Virus record (IMG/VR): IMGVR_UViG_3300017991_000048
Span: 1-64,000 of that record
DNA length: 64,000 nucleotides
Reading direction: 5' to 3' (one strand)
Below the pieces are notes generated by a model. The model searched no databases. It was not told where the DNA came from and saw only the letters and a program-made list of their open reading frames with translations. Made by a program: the position numbers and the translations under genes. Of the stretch, positions 1-10,023 are shown piece by piece (the first letter of the stretch is position 1; every line of letters starts with the position of its first letter).

Positions 1-51
1 CCCACCCACCGAGATCAAATAATTAAGACCGTTTCGAGGATTTGAAGAAAC

Positions 52-441
52 CTAGATTGATTCTAGGTATCGTTCGACCACACGCTCAGCGGTCTTGAAT
101 CGCTTTTCTGTTCGCCAGCGGCGAAACGGGCTTGGCTTCGGAATCTTTGGCAACTTCAAAAAAGGGACTGGCTTTGCGGGTCCGGGCGCTGTCGGCGGTT
201 TTGGTGGCACCGGAGGTCTGATTGGAGCCGGGGGTGGGTCCACGGGTATTTCTGGTCTTTCTGGCCGTCTGGGGTGCCTTGGCGGCTTTGCCTTGCCTCT
301 CCAGCGTGGATCTCCCGCCTCATTTGGACGGAGCTTCTGGAAGCGATCTGGCTCTTCTTTGAGCGTTTCTGGCAGAACGTAAACAGTGCGTCCAGTCTCT
401 TTATTCTTTACCGGGATCTCTTTGGCCCAGATGTCCTCCAT
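52..441 (-). CDS. Pro-rich protein ending in TAERVVERYL motif, possibly virion-associated
   Basis: 129-aa ORF, central Pro/Lys-rich low-complexity tract, C-terminal RVxxRY motif also seen at 35667 and 36201. Confidence 0.65.
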   Translation of the reverse strand: MEDIWAKEIPVKNKETGRTVYVLPETLKEEPDRFQKLRPNEAGDPRWRGKAKPPRHPRRPERPEIPVDPPPAPIRPPVPPKPPTAPGPAKPVPFLKLPKIPKPSPFRRWRTEKRFKTAERVVERYLESI

Positions 442-464
442 ACTACTTCAGGAGGACAAGAGGT

Positions 465-1793
465 TTAGCTGGCATCCCTCAGATTGGCGACAATCCCACT
501 CCAAATCTTCTCGATTCGGCAAACGTGAGAGTGTGAACCGTCAAAGCTGGCTCCGCGATGAGCGACCTCATGGATAAGTACCTCAAGAGCGGAATTTCGA
601 CTCAGCTTGTTTTTGGCTATAAGAAACCTGTCTTCCTTGTACATACCTTCAATCTTCTCAGACCGAAAATCAACTATGTCGATTTCAGCAAGTGTGACAG
701 GCTCAACAGCGTTCACCAACTCGATTGCGGACTCAAGGTTACTCTTTTCTTCGTAGGTCAACTCAGACCAGCCGTAAGCATGAGCAACCTCATTAGCCAG
801 TTCTCGCTTAATTTCATCGGCTGTTCCAAATATCGTTTCAAGAACCGCCTGGAGAGGCTTATTATTCACAACCACTCCCTTTTTGCCGTAATGCTCGATG
901 TCTTTGGAGTCAAGCATGGTTGCCACAGGGACAGCATCTTCACCGTGCTTCTCCTTGAATGATGCGGCTGCCTGTTCCCGAACCTCTCTCGGAAGCTGTC
1001 GCGCCCCGTAGCTGTCGAGATCCGAAACATCCCCGGCAGAGTCTTCCAGTAGCCCCATGAACTTTGCCATAAGCTCTTGACGCTGCCCTATGGAAAGAAC
1101 CCAGATTTCGCGCATCCGCCATGAAAGGTCGTACCGGGCGATCATCTTTCGGTCTCGATCTACGCTCACATCCTTTGTGAGATCGTAACCGACAACCAGT
1201 TTTGGATCGTGCTCAACAAAAATGCCTTTGACAAAAACCCTCCCGACGTTTTCTTCCCCCAACAGCAGAGCACCGTACCTTGTATCAATCCGATACTCTT
1301 TATTGATCTTCTTGTTGAGAAACAAGAAGCACCCCTTCATTTGGGACCACTCTTCTTCAGAGACGTTTGAAACCTCAATCTGAACACGATTCTTTGGCTG
1401 ACGGCCTTTACTTATATAAAATACGAGCACATCAGCCTGGAACTTCTCTGATTTTTCGATCTTTGGAACCCAAACCTCGGCCCCTGACCTTATCTTTATG
1501 TCATAACCAGCCCGAACCAAAGCTAGAGCACCGAGCTTTAACCCCTCACCGAATTTACCGATCAAATCCTCTTTGCCGGTTTTGGTTGTATGTCCGAACA
1601 GTAACGCTTCGTGAGGCAGCGAAGTGTTCTTATTCTCAATGAGTAACTTCTTCGTATCGGCGCGATGCCTTACGCCCAAAGGAGCATTGAACTCCGTCTC
1701 AGCATCCTTGCCATTCTGAATCAGTTCTCTGATTCCCTCAAAGGCTCCCCACTCAGGCAAGTATGTGGTTTTGATGGAAAGTTCGATTTTCAT
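465..1793 (-). CDS. GHKL (HATPase_c) ATPase fused to a C-terminal HExxH metallopeptidase-like segment
   Basis: ELIQNGKDA (N box), IGKFGEGLKLG (G2 box), LIHEVAH near C-terminus; RBS GGAGG and promoter upstream. Confidence 0.8.
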   Translation of the reverse strand: MKIELSIKTTYLPEWGAFEGIRELIQNGKDAETEFNAPLGVRHRADTKKLLIENKNTSLPHEALLFGHTTKTGKEDLIGKFGEGLKLGALALVRAGYDIKIRSGAEVWVPKIEKSEKFQADVLVFYISKGRQPKNRVQIEVSNVSEEEWSQMKGCFLFLNKKINKEYRIDTRYGALLLGEENVGRVFVKGIFVEHDPKLVVGYDLTKDVSVDRDRKMIARYDLSWRMREIWVLSIGQRQELMAKFMGLLEDSAGDVSDLDSYGARQLPREVREQAAASFKEKHGEDAVPVATMLDSKDIEHYGKKGVVVNNKPLQAVLETIFGTADEIKRELANEVAHAYGWSELTYEEKSNLESAIELVNAVEPVTLAEIDIVDFRSEKIEGMYKEDRFLIAKNKLSRNSALEVLIHEVAHRGASFDGSHSHVCRIEKIWSGIVANLRDAS

Positions 1794-1810
1794 AGTAACG
1801 CCTCCTGCTA

Positions 1811-1839
1811 CTATTACACCGGAACTCTCTAAAACTCTA
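1811..1839 (-). promoter_or_regulatory. Phage promoter class I (TAGAGT-N17-TAATAG)
   Basis: Minus-strand TAGAGT, 17-nt spacer ending TG, TAATAG; directly upstream of 465..1793. Confidence 0.75.
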
Positions 1840-1872
1840 ATAATATTTGTAACTGCTGATTTTTACAGGCTT

Positions 1873-2448
1873 TTATTCCTCGTCCTTCTCTTGTAAATGA
1901 CGCCAGAGATCCCGTTCCGACCCCTTAGGGACCGCTGTCGCAAGCTCAATAATTCCTAAAATCTTCAGCACAACATCTTCTGGCAAGTCCCTGGCTTGTA
2001 TATTGATCTTACCTATGCACTCTTCGCTAACACTAAGCGCAACCCCCTCCGGTATTCGGTCTTTCCGTTTCCAATGTTCAATAGTGTTCTCGGCTGATTG
2101 TATCAGTTGTCGTTTTCGCTCTTCTTCACGACGCATGGCTGTTTCAATATCAACAGACTCGCGGATATGAACAATGACACGTTCGAGTAAAAAGCCGCCG
2201 CCTTTTGTTTCCCTGAAACTTTTATGTTGAGTATTAGAAGATCTTACCACCAGAGTGTGCCGATCACTGCCACCCACGGGCCGAAAAAAAAGGACAACTC
2301 GATCGCGGCCCACATCCAATTGACATTCAACATATGAGCTTTGCGGTTCTTCTCCAACATTTGTCCGAGCACTACACACTCGACTGGTACGCCTCTCGAC
2401 TCCTTTGTAAACATCACCTATGAACTGCTGTATCTGTTTCAGTTCCAT
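1873..2448 (-). CDS. Hypothetical protein with C-terminal LWRHL tag
   Basis: 191-aa ORF ending RDLWRHLQEKDEE; KSFRETKGGGF segment resembles 47090..47502. Confidence 0.75.
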   Translation of the reverse strand: MELKQIQQFIGDVYKGVERRTSRVCSARTNVGEEPQSSYVECQLDVGRDRVVLFFRPVGGSDRHTLVVRSSNTQHKSFRETKGGGFLLERVIVHIRESVDIETAMRREEERKRQLIQSAENTIEHWKRKDRIPEGVALSVSEECIGKINIQARDLPEDVVLKILGIIELATAVPKGSERDLWRHLQEKDEE

Positions 2449-3201
2449 TTACTCGTCACCATCACAATGAGTTGAGTCAAAGTAAGCCTTACGAGCATGG
2501 ACCTGAACAAACTCAGGATCACCATCAGATGTTAAAATCATTGCTGTGAGCCTACCGCCAAACACACACCCAGTGTCGATACCATAACAGCAGCCCTCTT
2601 CAAACTTATCTACACGCGGAGTTAATGAATGCCGAGCATGGCCATAAATAATACTCTCAGGACCACCCCATTTTTCAGCCCAGTAAACCGTGTTCTCAGG
2701 TTGCTTCATTGAACCTCTGGCATAACCAACTTTCTTCCCTTCTTCATCTACATAACGAACTCGTAGAACAGCATCACTTTGCCCGTCCACAGAAAAAGCC
2801 GGTTCCAACCCTCCATGAACAACTACGAAACCACTCTCAAGTTTATAAGTCAGAGGCAGCTTAGACATCCACTCAATCTCTTCTTCCGTCAAGTCCGCAT
2901 TCTGAGCCGCACGTTTGAGAGAAAAGGGCTTCATGGGGTTTTTCTTACCCGTAAGAATTCTCTTAACTTCATGCCTACGCCATCGAACATGCTTTTCCTC
3001 GTGGTTGCCCATTATGACAACAGCCCCTATTTTTCTGGCGTACCGGACACACTCTATCGGATCAGGACCACGATCCATAAGGTCACCGACCTGAACCAAA
3101 CGATCGGATTCTTCGGAAAAAGACAATAAATTCAATAACTCACGGAACTCATCCAAGCACCCGTGAACGTCACCGACTACGATTGTACGCATACGGTACA
3201 T
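2449..3201 (-). CDS. Calcineurin-like metallophosphoesterase (PPP/ApaH-like)
   Basis: GDVHG, GDLMDRG, GNHE, VHGG, HG and IDTGCVFGGRLTA motifs in order. Confidence 0.9.
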   Translation of the reverse strand: MYRMRTIVVGDVHGCLDEFRELLNLLSFSEESDRLVQVGDLMDRGPDPIECVRYARKIGAVVIMGNHEEKHVRWRRHEVKRILTGKKNPMKPFSLKRAAQNADLTEEEIEWMSKLPLTYKLESGFVVVHGGLEPAFSVDGQSDAVLRVRYVDEEGKKVGYARGSMKQPENTVYWAEKWGGPESIIYGHARHSLTPRVDKFEEGCCYGIDTGCVFGGRLTAMILTSDGDPEFVQVHARKAYFDSTHCDGDE

Positions 3202-3232
3202 TACACCGAAGCGAGTTTAAACTCCAGCAAAG

Positions 3233-3910
3233 TTACCGCCAAGCACGACGGCCCGATACTGCCCGTGATGCCTGTGCAGCCTTGAGCGCTCCCTCAAGAG
3301 CCGTTAAGTTCTTGAGAATTTCTTGGTACTCTTCCCCCTTGGCCACAGCATCTTTCACTCTTTGAGGGACCGGCTTGCCTTGGCTTATAGCCCAACTGAC
3401 GCTGTTTGTATGTGCCTTTATGAACGTCTTTGCCGCTACTACATTAATTGGTTGCCTGGACGCATCCATAACTGAAGGGACTTCTCTGTGCCACTGTTCT
3501 ATCATCCGAGTGGCAATGCCTTTTTTCCGATACCCGTCTCGCACCACAATCCATCTGGGTACTTGTTTATAGTTGCCGGGAATTATGTAAGAAGCGATAA
3601 TCCCGTCACCGTCATAAATAAGAACGCCTGCCCTCGTATCTCCTGTAAGAGGAATATGAGGGCACTCACCATGAATAGGTGCAATATCTTTTGCGACCGA
3701 AGTGTCTGATACCCCAAGCTGATAGGTATAAGGAGTGCCTTCAAGAGGGCGCTTCGGCCCCGCAAAAGGCTGTCTTGCCAACGGGCCATCCTGCCCTCTT
3801 GGTATAGGTCTAAAACAACCGAAGAGTTCATTCGGAGTCATTTCCCAACGATAAACAAGCGCCATTATCTCTCTCCTAATCTCTACGGTATAGCTTTTGC
3901 GCGTCTCCAC
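3233..3910 (-). CDS. GNAT-like acetyltransferase-fold protein (start may be 3865)
   Basis: VVRDGYRKKGIATRMI resembles the GNAT acetyl-CoA loop V.p.yRgkGia. Confidence 0.5.
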   Translation of the reverse strand: METRKSYTVEIRREIMALVYRWEMTPNELFGCFRPIPRGQDGPLARQPFAGPKRPLEGTPYTYQLGVSDTSVAKDIAPIHGECPHIPLTGDTRAGVLIYDGDGIIASYIIPGNYKQVPRWIVVRDGYRKKGIATRMIEQWHREVPSVMDASRQPINVVAAKTFIKAHTNSVSWAISQGKPVPQRVKDAVAKGEEYQEILKNLTALEGALKAAQASRAVSGRRAWR

Positions 3911-5652
3911 TTCTTGATCGAAGCATTGTTAGGCATATCAGTTACCCAAGTACCTACCCCGTCCGAAATCAACCTGACAACTTGTGGAGCGCCTGATGCA
4001 GCACCCAATAACATGGACTCTCCTGGTGGTCCGGACGGTGTAACCGAATCAGATCCAGCCGGGTGAGCTACAAACCCAAATCCCGAAAATGGAGTTGTGC
4101 TACTCATCTTATTTTTCTTACCAAAATAACTAACGAACGTAATTTCTTTTCCCGCGCTTTCAGGTGTAATCTCTGGCATTGTCAAACAAACAAATGCGTT
4201 AGTTGCGTTGGGGTTTTGCATATAAAAAGAACGCCCCATTACCATATCATAAAAGTTAACATCGATACGAATAGGCCCAAACCCGTCGATGTCCTGTGTG
4301 TTTGCCAAGACCCATATCTGCGGGTCGGTTCCTACAAGCACACTGGTGGACACTGGCGCGGCTAAAATAAAAGCGCGATCCTTGTAAATACTGCCTGCTG
4401 TCGCTTTATAAGAAATACCCCCACTGACGGCTATCCCGTCATGGAATAAATTATCTGGACTTCCACGGAGCCACGCACCGCCAGTATTAACCTCCCAAGG
4501 GCCATTTTCTATGGGATCGGTTTGCCCAATGAGCAAAATATACTGGCCGTTGCCTAATACAACGCCGTCTGCTGTCACCGGTCCGGTTAGACTGACATTA
4601 TCCGTGGCTACAGCCTGAACAGAGCCAGACCAGAAAGTAACGCCGCCAGCCCAAACAGTGACCCAATTCTGAGGGTCTGTATCAACCGTTATAGGAATAC
4701 CAGACAAGTTCCAGAACGCCCACCGATTCACTGCTGGCGTAGCCACGCCCACCGGAAGCCCTAAAACTGTCAGAGAGGTGCTGGCAAGTGTATCAAGTTG
4801 AGATCCATCTCCGGTCGTATCTGATTCTAACTTAAGTAAGTCGCCAACATCCAACGATGGAGTGATCCCTGTAGTTTGAGCTAGAATCTGAGCCACGACA
4901 TCATTTTCGTCAGTGGGAGCCGCAAAAGTCACGGTTTGTGTGCCGCCACCGTCTACCTTTAGATTGAGGTCTAAACCATCCAAGTCACCGCCGCCACCGT
5001 AAACAAGACCCGTAAGATCAACTTGACCGATTATTGTAGCCGCCAAATCTTCAGTCGCCTCAACAATAGCGTCCTGAATTTCAGCCCCAGTGTCAGCGTC
5101 CGTGGCACGGGGCCACGCTCCCGCTTGAGCCACATAAATACCATTGGCTACTTGATCCTCAACACCCGGATCTTCCAAACACGCCCGAAGAATTCTATCC
5201 CCGTTCTGTACATCATAGCCCTCTTTAACGCCCAGATCCTCTAAGGTTGTAGCAGGATTAGTAAGAACCTTTTTGACATCAGCTAGAGTTGGAGCAGTAT
5301 CAGTCACATCGTAAATATCACCCGGAGTGCCGCCCCTCCATCTTACGGTGATATTGTGGTGGACGTGCCCACCGCTTGTGATCTGCGTCACATCCCCCAC
5401 ATTATTTATGGAGAACAGCTCGCTCTTTGTGTCAACAGTTTTCGCGTAGTTTTTAACCGAACCCGCCACTGGTGCTGGATCACTCGGCTGCACATCATAT
5501 TGAACAGGCGCTCCCGCATTTGTGGCAGAAGTTACAACCCTGTTGTGATCCATGAGAGAAGGATTGCCGTTCTCATCCACAAAAAACGCGGTATGCATCT
5601 CAGTAGGGGTTGGAACACTCTCAGCAGGTTTCTTTTTTAATGTTATCGCCAT
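3883..5652 (-). CDS. Fibre-like virion structural protein
   Basis: 589 aa, Gly/Thr/Val/Asp rich; two NG(I/P)(Y/W).V..GAW.R fibre-type repeats; N-terminal module shared with 10767, 11333, 12727. Confidence 0.7.
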   Translation of the reverse strand: MAITLKKKPAESVPTPTEMHTAFFVDENGNPSLMDHNRVVTSATNAGAPVQYDVQPSDPAPVAGSVKNYAKTVDTKSELFSINNVGDVTQITSGGHVHHNITVRWRGGTPGDIYDVTDTAPTLADVKKVLTNPATTLEDLGVKEGYDVQNGDRILRACLEDPGVEDQVANGIYVAQAGAWPRATDADTGAEIQDAIVEATEDLAATIIGQVDLTGLVYGGGGDLDGLDLNLKVDGGGTQTVTFAAPTDENDVVAQILAQTTGITPSLDVGDLLKLESDTTGDGSQLDTLASTSLTVLGLPVGVATPAVNRWAFWNLSGIPITVDTDPQNWVTVWAGGVTFWSGSVQAVATDNVSLTGPVTADGVVLGNGQYILLIGQTDPIENGPWEVNTGGAWLRGSPDNLFHDGIAVSGGISYKATAGSIYKDRAFILAAPVSTSVLVGTDPQIWVLANTQDIDGFGPIRIDVNFYDMVMGRSFYMQNPNATNAFVCLTMPEITPESAGKEITFVSYFGKKNKMSSTTPFSGFGFVAHPAGSDSVTPSGPPGESMLLGAASGAPQVVRLISDGVGTWVTDMPNNASIKKWRRAKAIP

Positions 5653-5752
5653 CTAAGATCTCCCCACAGAGGAACTGGGTGTTCGCAGTGGTTTCTCTTA
5701 AATAGTGTAATAATAGAATACTTGGGCTGCTTAGACCCCTAACTGCCTGATT

Positions 5753-6754
5753 TCAAAACATTCTTTCTGTCCAGGTCCGGGGAGTGCGCTCGTTCTGTAT
5801 TTCCACTTCCAAGTGGTAAACAAATTTTTTAGTGCCGCACCCCCGAATATAATCAACAATGGACTGGAACCCCTCCCTTAGCTGCACAGTGGTCTTATAT
5901 CCCAATCTGTCACGAGCCTTTTCAGCCGAACAGGTGGCTTCCTTTACCTCCATCGGGCGATCAGGAACATAAATAGGGTCTAAATCAAAGCCCACAATAT
6001 CGGCCAAAATCCTTGCCAACTCGTTAATAGTGATGAAATCCTCATCTGGACCGACATTAAAAACCTCGCCACTCAACCCCTTATCAAACCCTAAACGTTC
6101 CATAGGTGCCGTTACATCGTTCACAAAAGAGAAACACCTCTTTTGCTCTCCATTTCCGTAAATAATTGGCTGACGGCCCTGAAGCATTAGATTTGCCATA
6201 ATACTGGCGACATTTCTGTACGGGTCGTCATATTTCTGTCTGGGGCCGACTATATTATGGGGTACTGCGATTACGTACTCCATCCCATGCGTCTCACAAA
6301 GATTGCGTAACATTTGTTCAGCAGCCACTTTGCCAATTGCGTAAGGATCTTGAGGCTTTGGGATCATGTCTTCTTCAAAAGGGACTTGATTTGCCCCGTA
6401 CCGAGCCATACTTGAACAATATACAAACCTCTTGACGTTGTTCCTGATCGCCGCTGTGATCATGGATACAGATGCTTGAACTATGTTCCTAGTAACCAGT
6501 GTAGGACTGAAAACACTCAACCCTTCATAGGCGGTTGCTGCGCAGTGGTAGACCACATCGACCCCCTTGAGGTCATAGGTCATCGCCATCAGATTTGCGC
6601 AGTCGTCACGATGAAACTCCACCCCCTTGGGTACATTCAATGGATCGCCGCCAATAAGATTGTCGCACCCTACCACTTGGTGCCCTCGTTCCAGCAAACA
6701 ATCAGCAAGGTGGCTACCTAAAAATCCAGCAATGCCTGATATAAAAACCTTCAT
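5753..6754 (-). CDS. NAD-dependent nucleotide-sugar epimerase/dehydratase (extended SDR)
   Basis: VFISGIAGFLGSHL Rossmann motif, YAIGK catalytic YxxxK, NIVGP, G.GEQKRCFSFVND. Confidence 0.92.
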   Translation of the reverse strand: MKVFISGIAGFLGSHLADCLLERGHQVVGCDNLIGGDPLNVPKGVEFHRDDCANLMAMTYDLKGVDVVYHCAATAYEGLSVFSPTLVTRNIVQASVSMITAAIRNNVKRFVYCSSMARYGANQVPFEEDMIPKPQDPYAIGKVAAEQMLRNLCETHGMEYVIAVPHNIVGPRQKYDDPYRNVASIMANLMLQGRQPIIYGNGEQKRCFSFVNDVTAPMERLGFDKGLSGEVFNVGPDEDFITINELARILADIVGFDLDPIYVPDRPMEVKEATCSAEKARDRLGYKTTVQLREGFQSIVDYIRGCGTKKFVYHLEVEIQNERTPRTWTERMF

Positions 6755-6769
6755 CGTCTCACCATTTCG

Positions 6770-7342
6770 CTACCCAGAAACATCCACCTTCTTTTCCAAC
6801 CGAATGGCATAATCTGCAAAATGTTTATTGGACAAAGCTATCATAGGCCCTGCACCGGCTTGAATTACTTCAATAACAGCCCTGCACACTCCCGTTTTCC
6901 ACCCCTCTACACCGGGTGATAGGAACGGCTTGACAGCAAAGTCATGCCCCGCAATCACACCCCCTATCTTCACTGCCTTGATCGCTAACTGTAGATGCCG
7001 CGAAACATTTTCGTAATCATGGTGAGCATCTACATATGCAAAATCAAAGTAGCTATCACCAAATGTAGGTAAAATCTCTTCCACCCTTCCTTCGTGCAGC
7101 CTTGTCGTGCCCCGGCTTATGTGTTTTGCCAAACGCTTTTTAGTCTCTCTCTTATATTTCCTCCATATTTTAGGATCACCTGAATGCCCCTCCCACAAAT
7201 CAATCAGATGGAATTCACGTGGCGTGGCGGCACCCAGAATAAGTTGCGCGTTTTCACCACCCATCACTCCCACTTCACACCCAACAGCGTTCTTAGGTAA
7301 GCATTCATAGAACGCTGAACGGCTAGGGTACTCTTTTATCAT
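6770..7342 (-). CDS. Class I SAM-dependent methyltransferase (Methyltransf_24-like)
   Basis: EVGVMGG motif I, DFAYVDAHHDYENV, GGVIAGHDF. Confidence 0.85.
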   Translation of the reverse strand: MIKEYPSRSAFYECLPKNAVGCEVGVMGGENAQLILGAATPREFHLIDLWEGHSGDPKIWRKYKRETKKRLAKHISRGTTRLHEGRVEEILPTFGDSYFDFAYVDAHHDYENVSRHLQLAIKAVKIGGVIAGHDFAVKPFLSPGVEGWKTGVCRAVIEVIQAGAGPMIALSNKHFADYAIRLEKKVDVSG

Positions 7343-8217
7343 TACATGCCCAGAACGGCATGTTTTGCCATCTCAATAGATTTCAGCTCTGCCGCATCTA
7401 GCCAGTCCATGTCTACCTTGGCCTGACGTTTATGGCAATGTGGGCATACTTGCTTTCGCCTGGACCTTTGCTTCCCCTCGTATCGAGCGCCACAGTTCCC
7501 GCAGATAAACGGTGCAGCAATCATATATAAGTTCATAGGTGTTCCCTTGTATAAGGCCGCGCTCTCCTCAAACTCGAAAGTATAACCAGGAAAGCCTTCG
7601 GCAGCATACCGGTGCTTGGGTATGTTATCCCAATCAGGTTTACTAAAAAGCCGGTCACTCTTTATCCAAAAGAATGTTCCTGGGTAATGCCATGTGGCCC
7701 GTGGACAACCCGCTGGCGATCCTCCAGTTCGATAGCAGCCTACACACGCATAGGTCTGCAACAGTTTATCAATCTTGTCTGGGTTCTTCAGACACTTGTC
7801 ATACATGGTGTCTCGCCACTGTCTTATAGCGTACCTCTCCAAAGGGTCACTTCGGCTAACACCCTTGCTGTGAGCAAAAAAGAAGGCTTCATCCGGGCTT
7901 GTTGACTCCAGAAGCCTTAAATTCTCATCGAACTCTGAAGCCTCTCTCAGCCCTGGAAATGGATCATTTTTGCGCTCGACAAACTGTACGCCCTCCAGTT
8001 CAGAAAACCAAGGCATGGCTTCATCCGGTGAGTAAACATTCTCCCCCACACGAAGTATAATAATCTTTCTTCCATTGAAAGCCTGCTTATAATGTATGAT
8101 CTTTCTTACGTTCAGGTAGGTCTCCACCGCGCCAGCAGCCCTGGCTTTGAACTTTTCACCCCATGCTGGTGCGGTATCTTTCAACGCACAACAGTCAAAC
8201 AGCAAATGCCTAATCAT
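7342..8217 (-). CDS. Putative glycan-modifying/glycosyltransferase-like protein with C-terminal Zn ribbon
   Basis: FFAHSKG and WHYPGTFFW motifs typical of proteins in phage glycosylation loci; CxxC...CxxC tail; neighbourhood. Confidence 0.5.
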   Translation of the reverse strand: MIRHLLFDCCALKDTAPAWGEKFKARAAGAVETYLNVRKIIHYKQAFNGRKIIILRVGENVYSPDEAMPWFSELEGVQFVERKNDPFPGLREASEFDENLRLLESTSPDEAFFFAHSKGVSRSDPLERYAIRQWRDTMYDKCLKNPDKIDKLLQTYACVGCYRTGGSPAGCPRATWHYPGTFFWIKSDRLFSKPDWDNIPKHRYAAEGFPGYTFEFEESAALYKGTPMNLYMIAAPFICGNCGARYEGKQRSRRKQVCPHCHKRQAKVDMDWLDAAELKSIEMAKHAVLGM

Positions 8218-9161
8218 AGTCCCTCCTGTATGGCATCGCGACAATGAGCAATCATCGTTTCTATATGCCTGTCTAACCGCAGTTTATCCTTTTGCCACTC
8301 AGAAGCAATCTTCTCCTGGTCTCCAAATAGCCCAGACAACGCCCTGCCAGAATCAAGATCACGGCACCACACCCTCGATAACATATCGCGATCAGAAAGA
8401 AATCCCTTCATCTTACGGTCTGACGGGAAAACCAGAAATGGCTTTTGTGCTCTATAGGTAAACAATGTAGCATGGAGAGAGCTAGATACAGTCCCAACTA
8501 CTTGTGGGTGTTCAATCAATGCAATCAAATCTCGCGGGTTATCGCTACTAACGACAGGCCACCCAAGATACTCTGATAGCGCCTTCACATATTGGGGTTC
8601 AAAAGACGTGAAGTTTACACATACCTTCTTGATGTCTGGAGTCGCACGATCAATCGCATGAGCCATGCGACGAAACTGCACCGCCTGTCTCCTGTTATAC
8701 ATATCCTGATGGAAGACATGAATTAACAAAATCTTCCCACCCGGCAGATCGGGCACAGTAGCCTGTCCAGGTTTCAAACACAACGACACACAAGGTACGA
8801 CTTCAACATCTGGCCGCGCTTCACGGATTATATCCGCGTCCCACTTAGACCGCACAGTAACATAACGATAATCCCGTAAAAATCCAAGATCACCTGGACT
8901 AGAGTTACACCCACAACCGTTCAGAATATTTCTACCGCTCTGCCGAAAGACTCTATATAACGGAAAGTCTTTTCGTATTAACTGACCACCGCCCACTATA
9001 ATTGTCGATGTCTCTACCTTAGCCACTTCCTCAACTGAATTCGGAAGCACCACATACGGCAGCTTCGCCTCTTCAAGTATTTGAACTAAAGCTAGCCCTA
9101 TGGCCCTATCGCCAAAGTTGGAAGTTGTATTGTCAAAAAGAATCCCGACAGGCTTGATCAT
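8214..9161 (-). CDS. Polysaccharide pyruvyl-transferase-like protein
   Basis: NFGD, IIVGGG, YVTVRS..D, SSSLHA motifs. Confidence 0.75.
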   Translation of the reverse strand: MIKPVGILFDNTTSNFGDRAIGLALVQILEEAKLPYVVLPNSVEEVAKVETSTIIVGGGQLIRKDFPLYRVFRQSGRNILNGCGCNSSPGDLGFLRDYRYVTVRSKWDADIIREARPDVEVVPCVSLCLKPGQATVPDLPGGKILLIHVFHQDMYNRRQAVQFRRMAHAIDRATPDIKKVCVNFTSFEPQYVKALSEYLGWPVVSSDNPRDLIALIEHPQVVGTVSSSLHATLFTYRAQKPFLVFPSDRKMKGFLSDRDMLSRVWCRDLDSGRALSGLFGDQEKIASEWQKDKLRLDRHIETMIAHCRDAIQEGL

Positions 9162-9177
9162 TACCCCCTCGCAAGGA

Positions 9178-10020
9178 CTACCGGGATCTAAATGTGGACT
9201 CAGTACGTATTATCTCAGTATAGTCGCCAATGACGCCTGCTGCACTAAAAGTCTTGGGGGAACTAGCGCCGTCTGAACTCCAGGTTGTCCCTGAAAACAA
9301 TCCATTCTTCGCTTTGACGGACCAGACATAATCCAGCGCGGTCAGACCGGGAAGCGTAGGAACCAGCGGGATATCCTTCGACATTTCGATTTGCTGTCGC
9401 CACATGAATATCTCCTCCTCAGTCATTGGATCTTCATGCCACGCCATGCCTACAAGCCAGTCCGACGTCGGAAGATCGCTTGAACCAGAGCTTGGCTGGA
9501 AGAAGTGGAAGTTCTGAGGAACAACCTCATTATCAAGAGTGATAGAGTCCACCGTAGGCTCTTTCTTGTGTCTGCGGCCATTGATATAAAAACCACCCTC
9601 AATATAATCGTCATCAGAGAGTACTATGGCCGTAAACTGAATCCCGGCATTGATCTGACTCCAATGTGACGTGCCATACTCGTTATTAATGTCGAACCCC
9701 TCTGCGTTCCAGGCCCCATCAGAGCTATTATTCTGAACCTCGAAGCTCATCTGACCAGTGACTTGAAGGTCCTCAGAACTCCCGCCTTGTCTATATAACT
9801 TATAATATGGCGAAGTATCCTCACACTCAAACAAATACTCATTCTTACCGGTTGGAGGGTGCCAAATTCCCTGCTTCCTTACCAGATGAACAATGAAGAT
9901 GGTCATCGCGGGTGCTCCGAACCGCAAAAACGAATCGTTTGATGCAAAATTAACATCCGTCCAGCTAAGGCCGTCTAACGGCTTAAGGATGTGCCACTTA
10001 TTATCTCTAGGTGCGACCAT
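9178..10020 (-). CDS. Putative structural protein, possibly lectin/LamG-like beta sandwich
   Basis: Beta-rich 280-aa ORF inside the structural cluster; fold guess only. Confidence 0.45.
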   Translation of the reverse strand: MVAPRDNKWHILKPLDGLSWTDVNFASNDSFLRFGAPAMTIFIVHLVRKQGIWHPPTGKNEYLFECEDTSPYYKLYRQGGSSEDLQVTGQMSFEVQNNSSDGAWNAEGFDINNEYGTSHWSQINAGIQFTAIVLSDDDYIEGGFYINGRRHKKEPTVDSITLDNEVVPQNFHFFQPSSGSSDLPTSDWLVGMAWHEDPMTEEEIFMWRQQIEMSKDIPLVPTLPGLTALDYVWSVKAKNGLFSGTTWSSDGASSPKTFSAAGVIGDYTEIIRTESTFRSR

Positions 10021-10023
10021 CGT

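Noticed and set aside
95-468. Plus-strand ORFs 95..382 and 274..468, and 40078..40548
   Set aside because: Antisense shadows of Pro-rich or repeat-coding genes, with no RBS or promoter.
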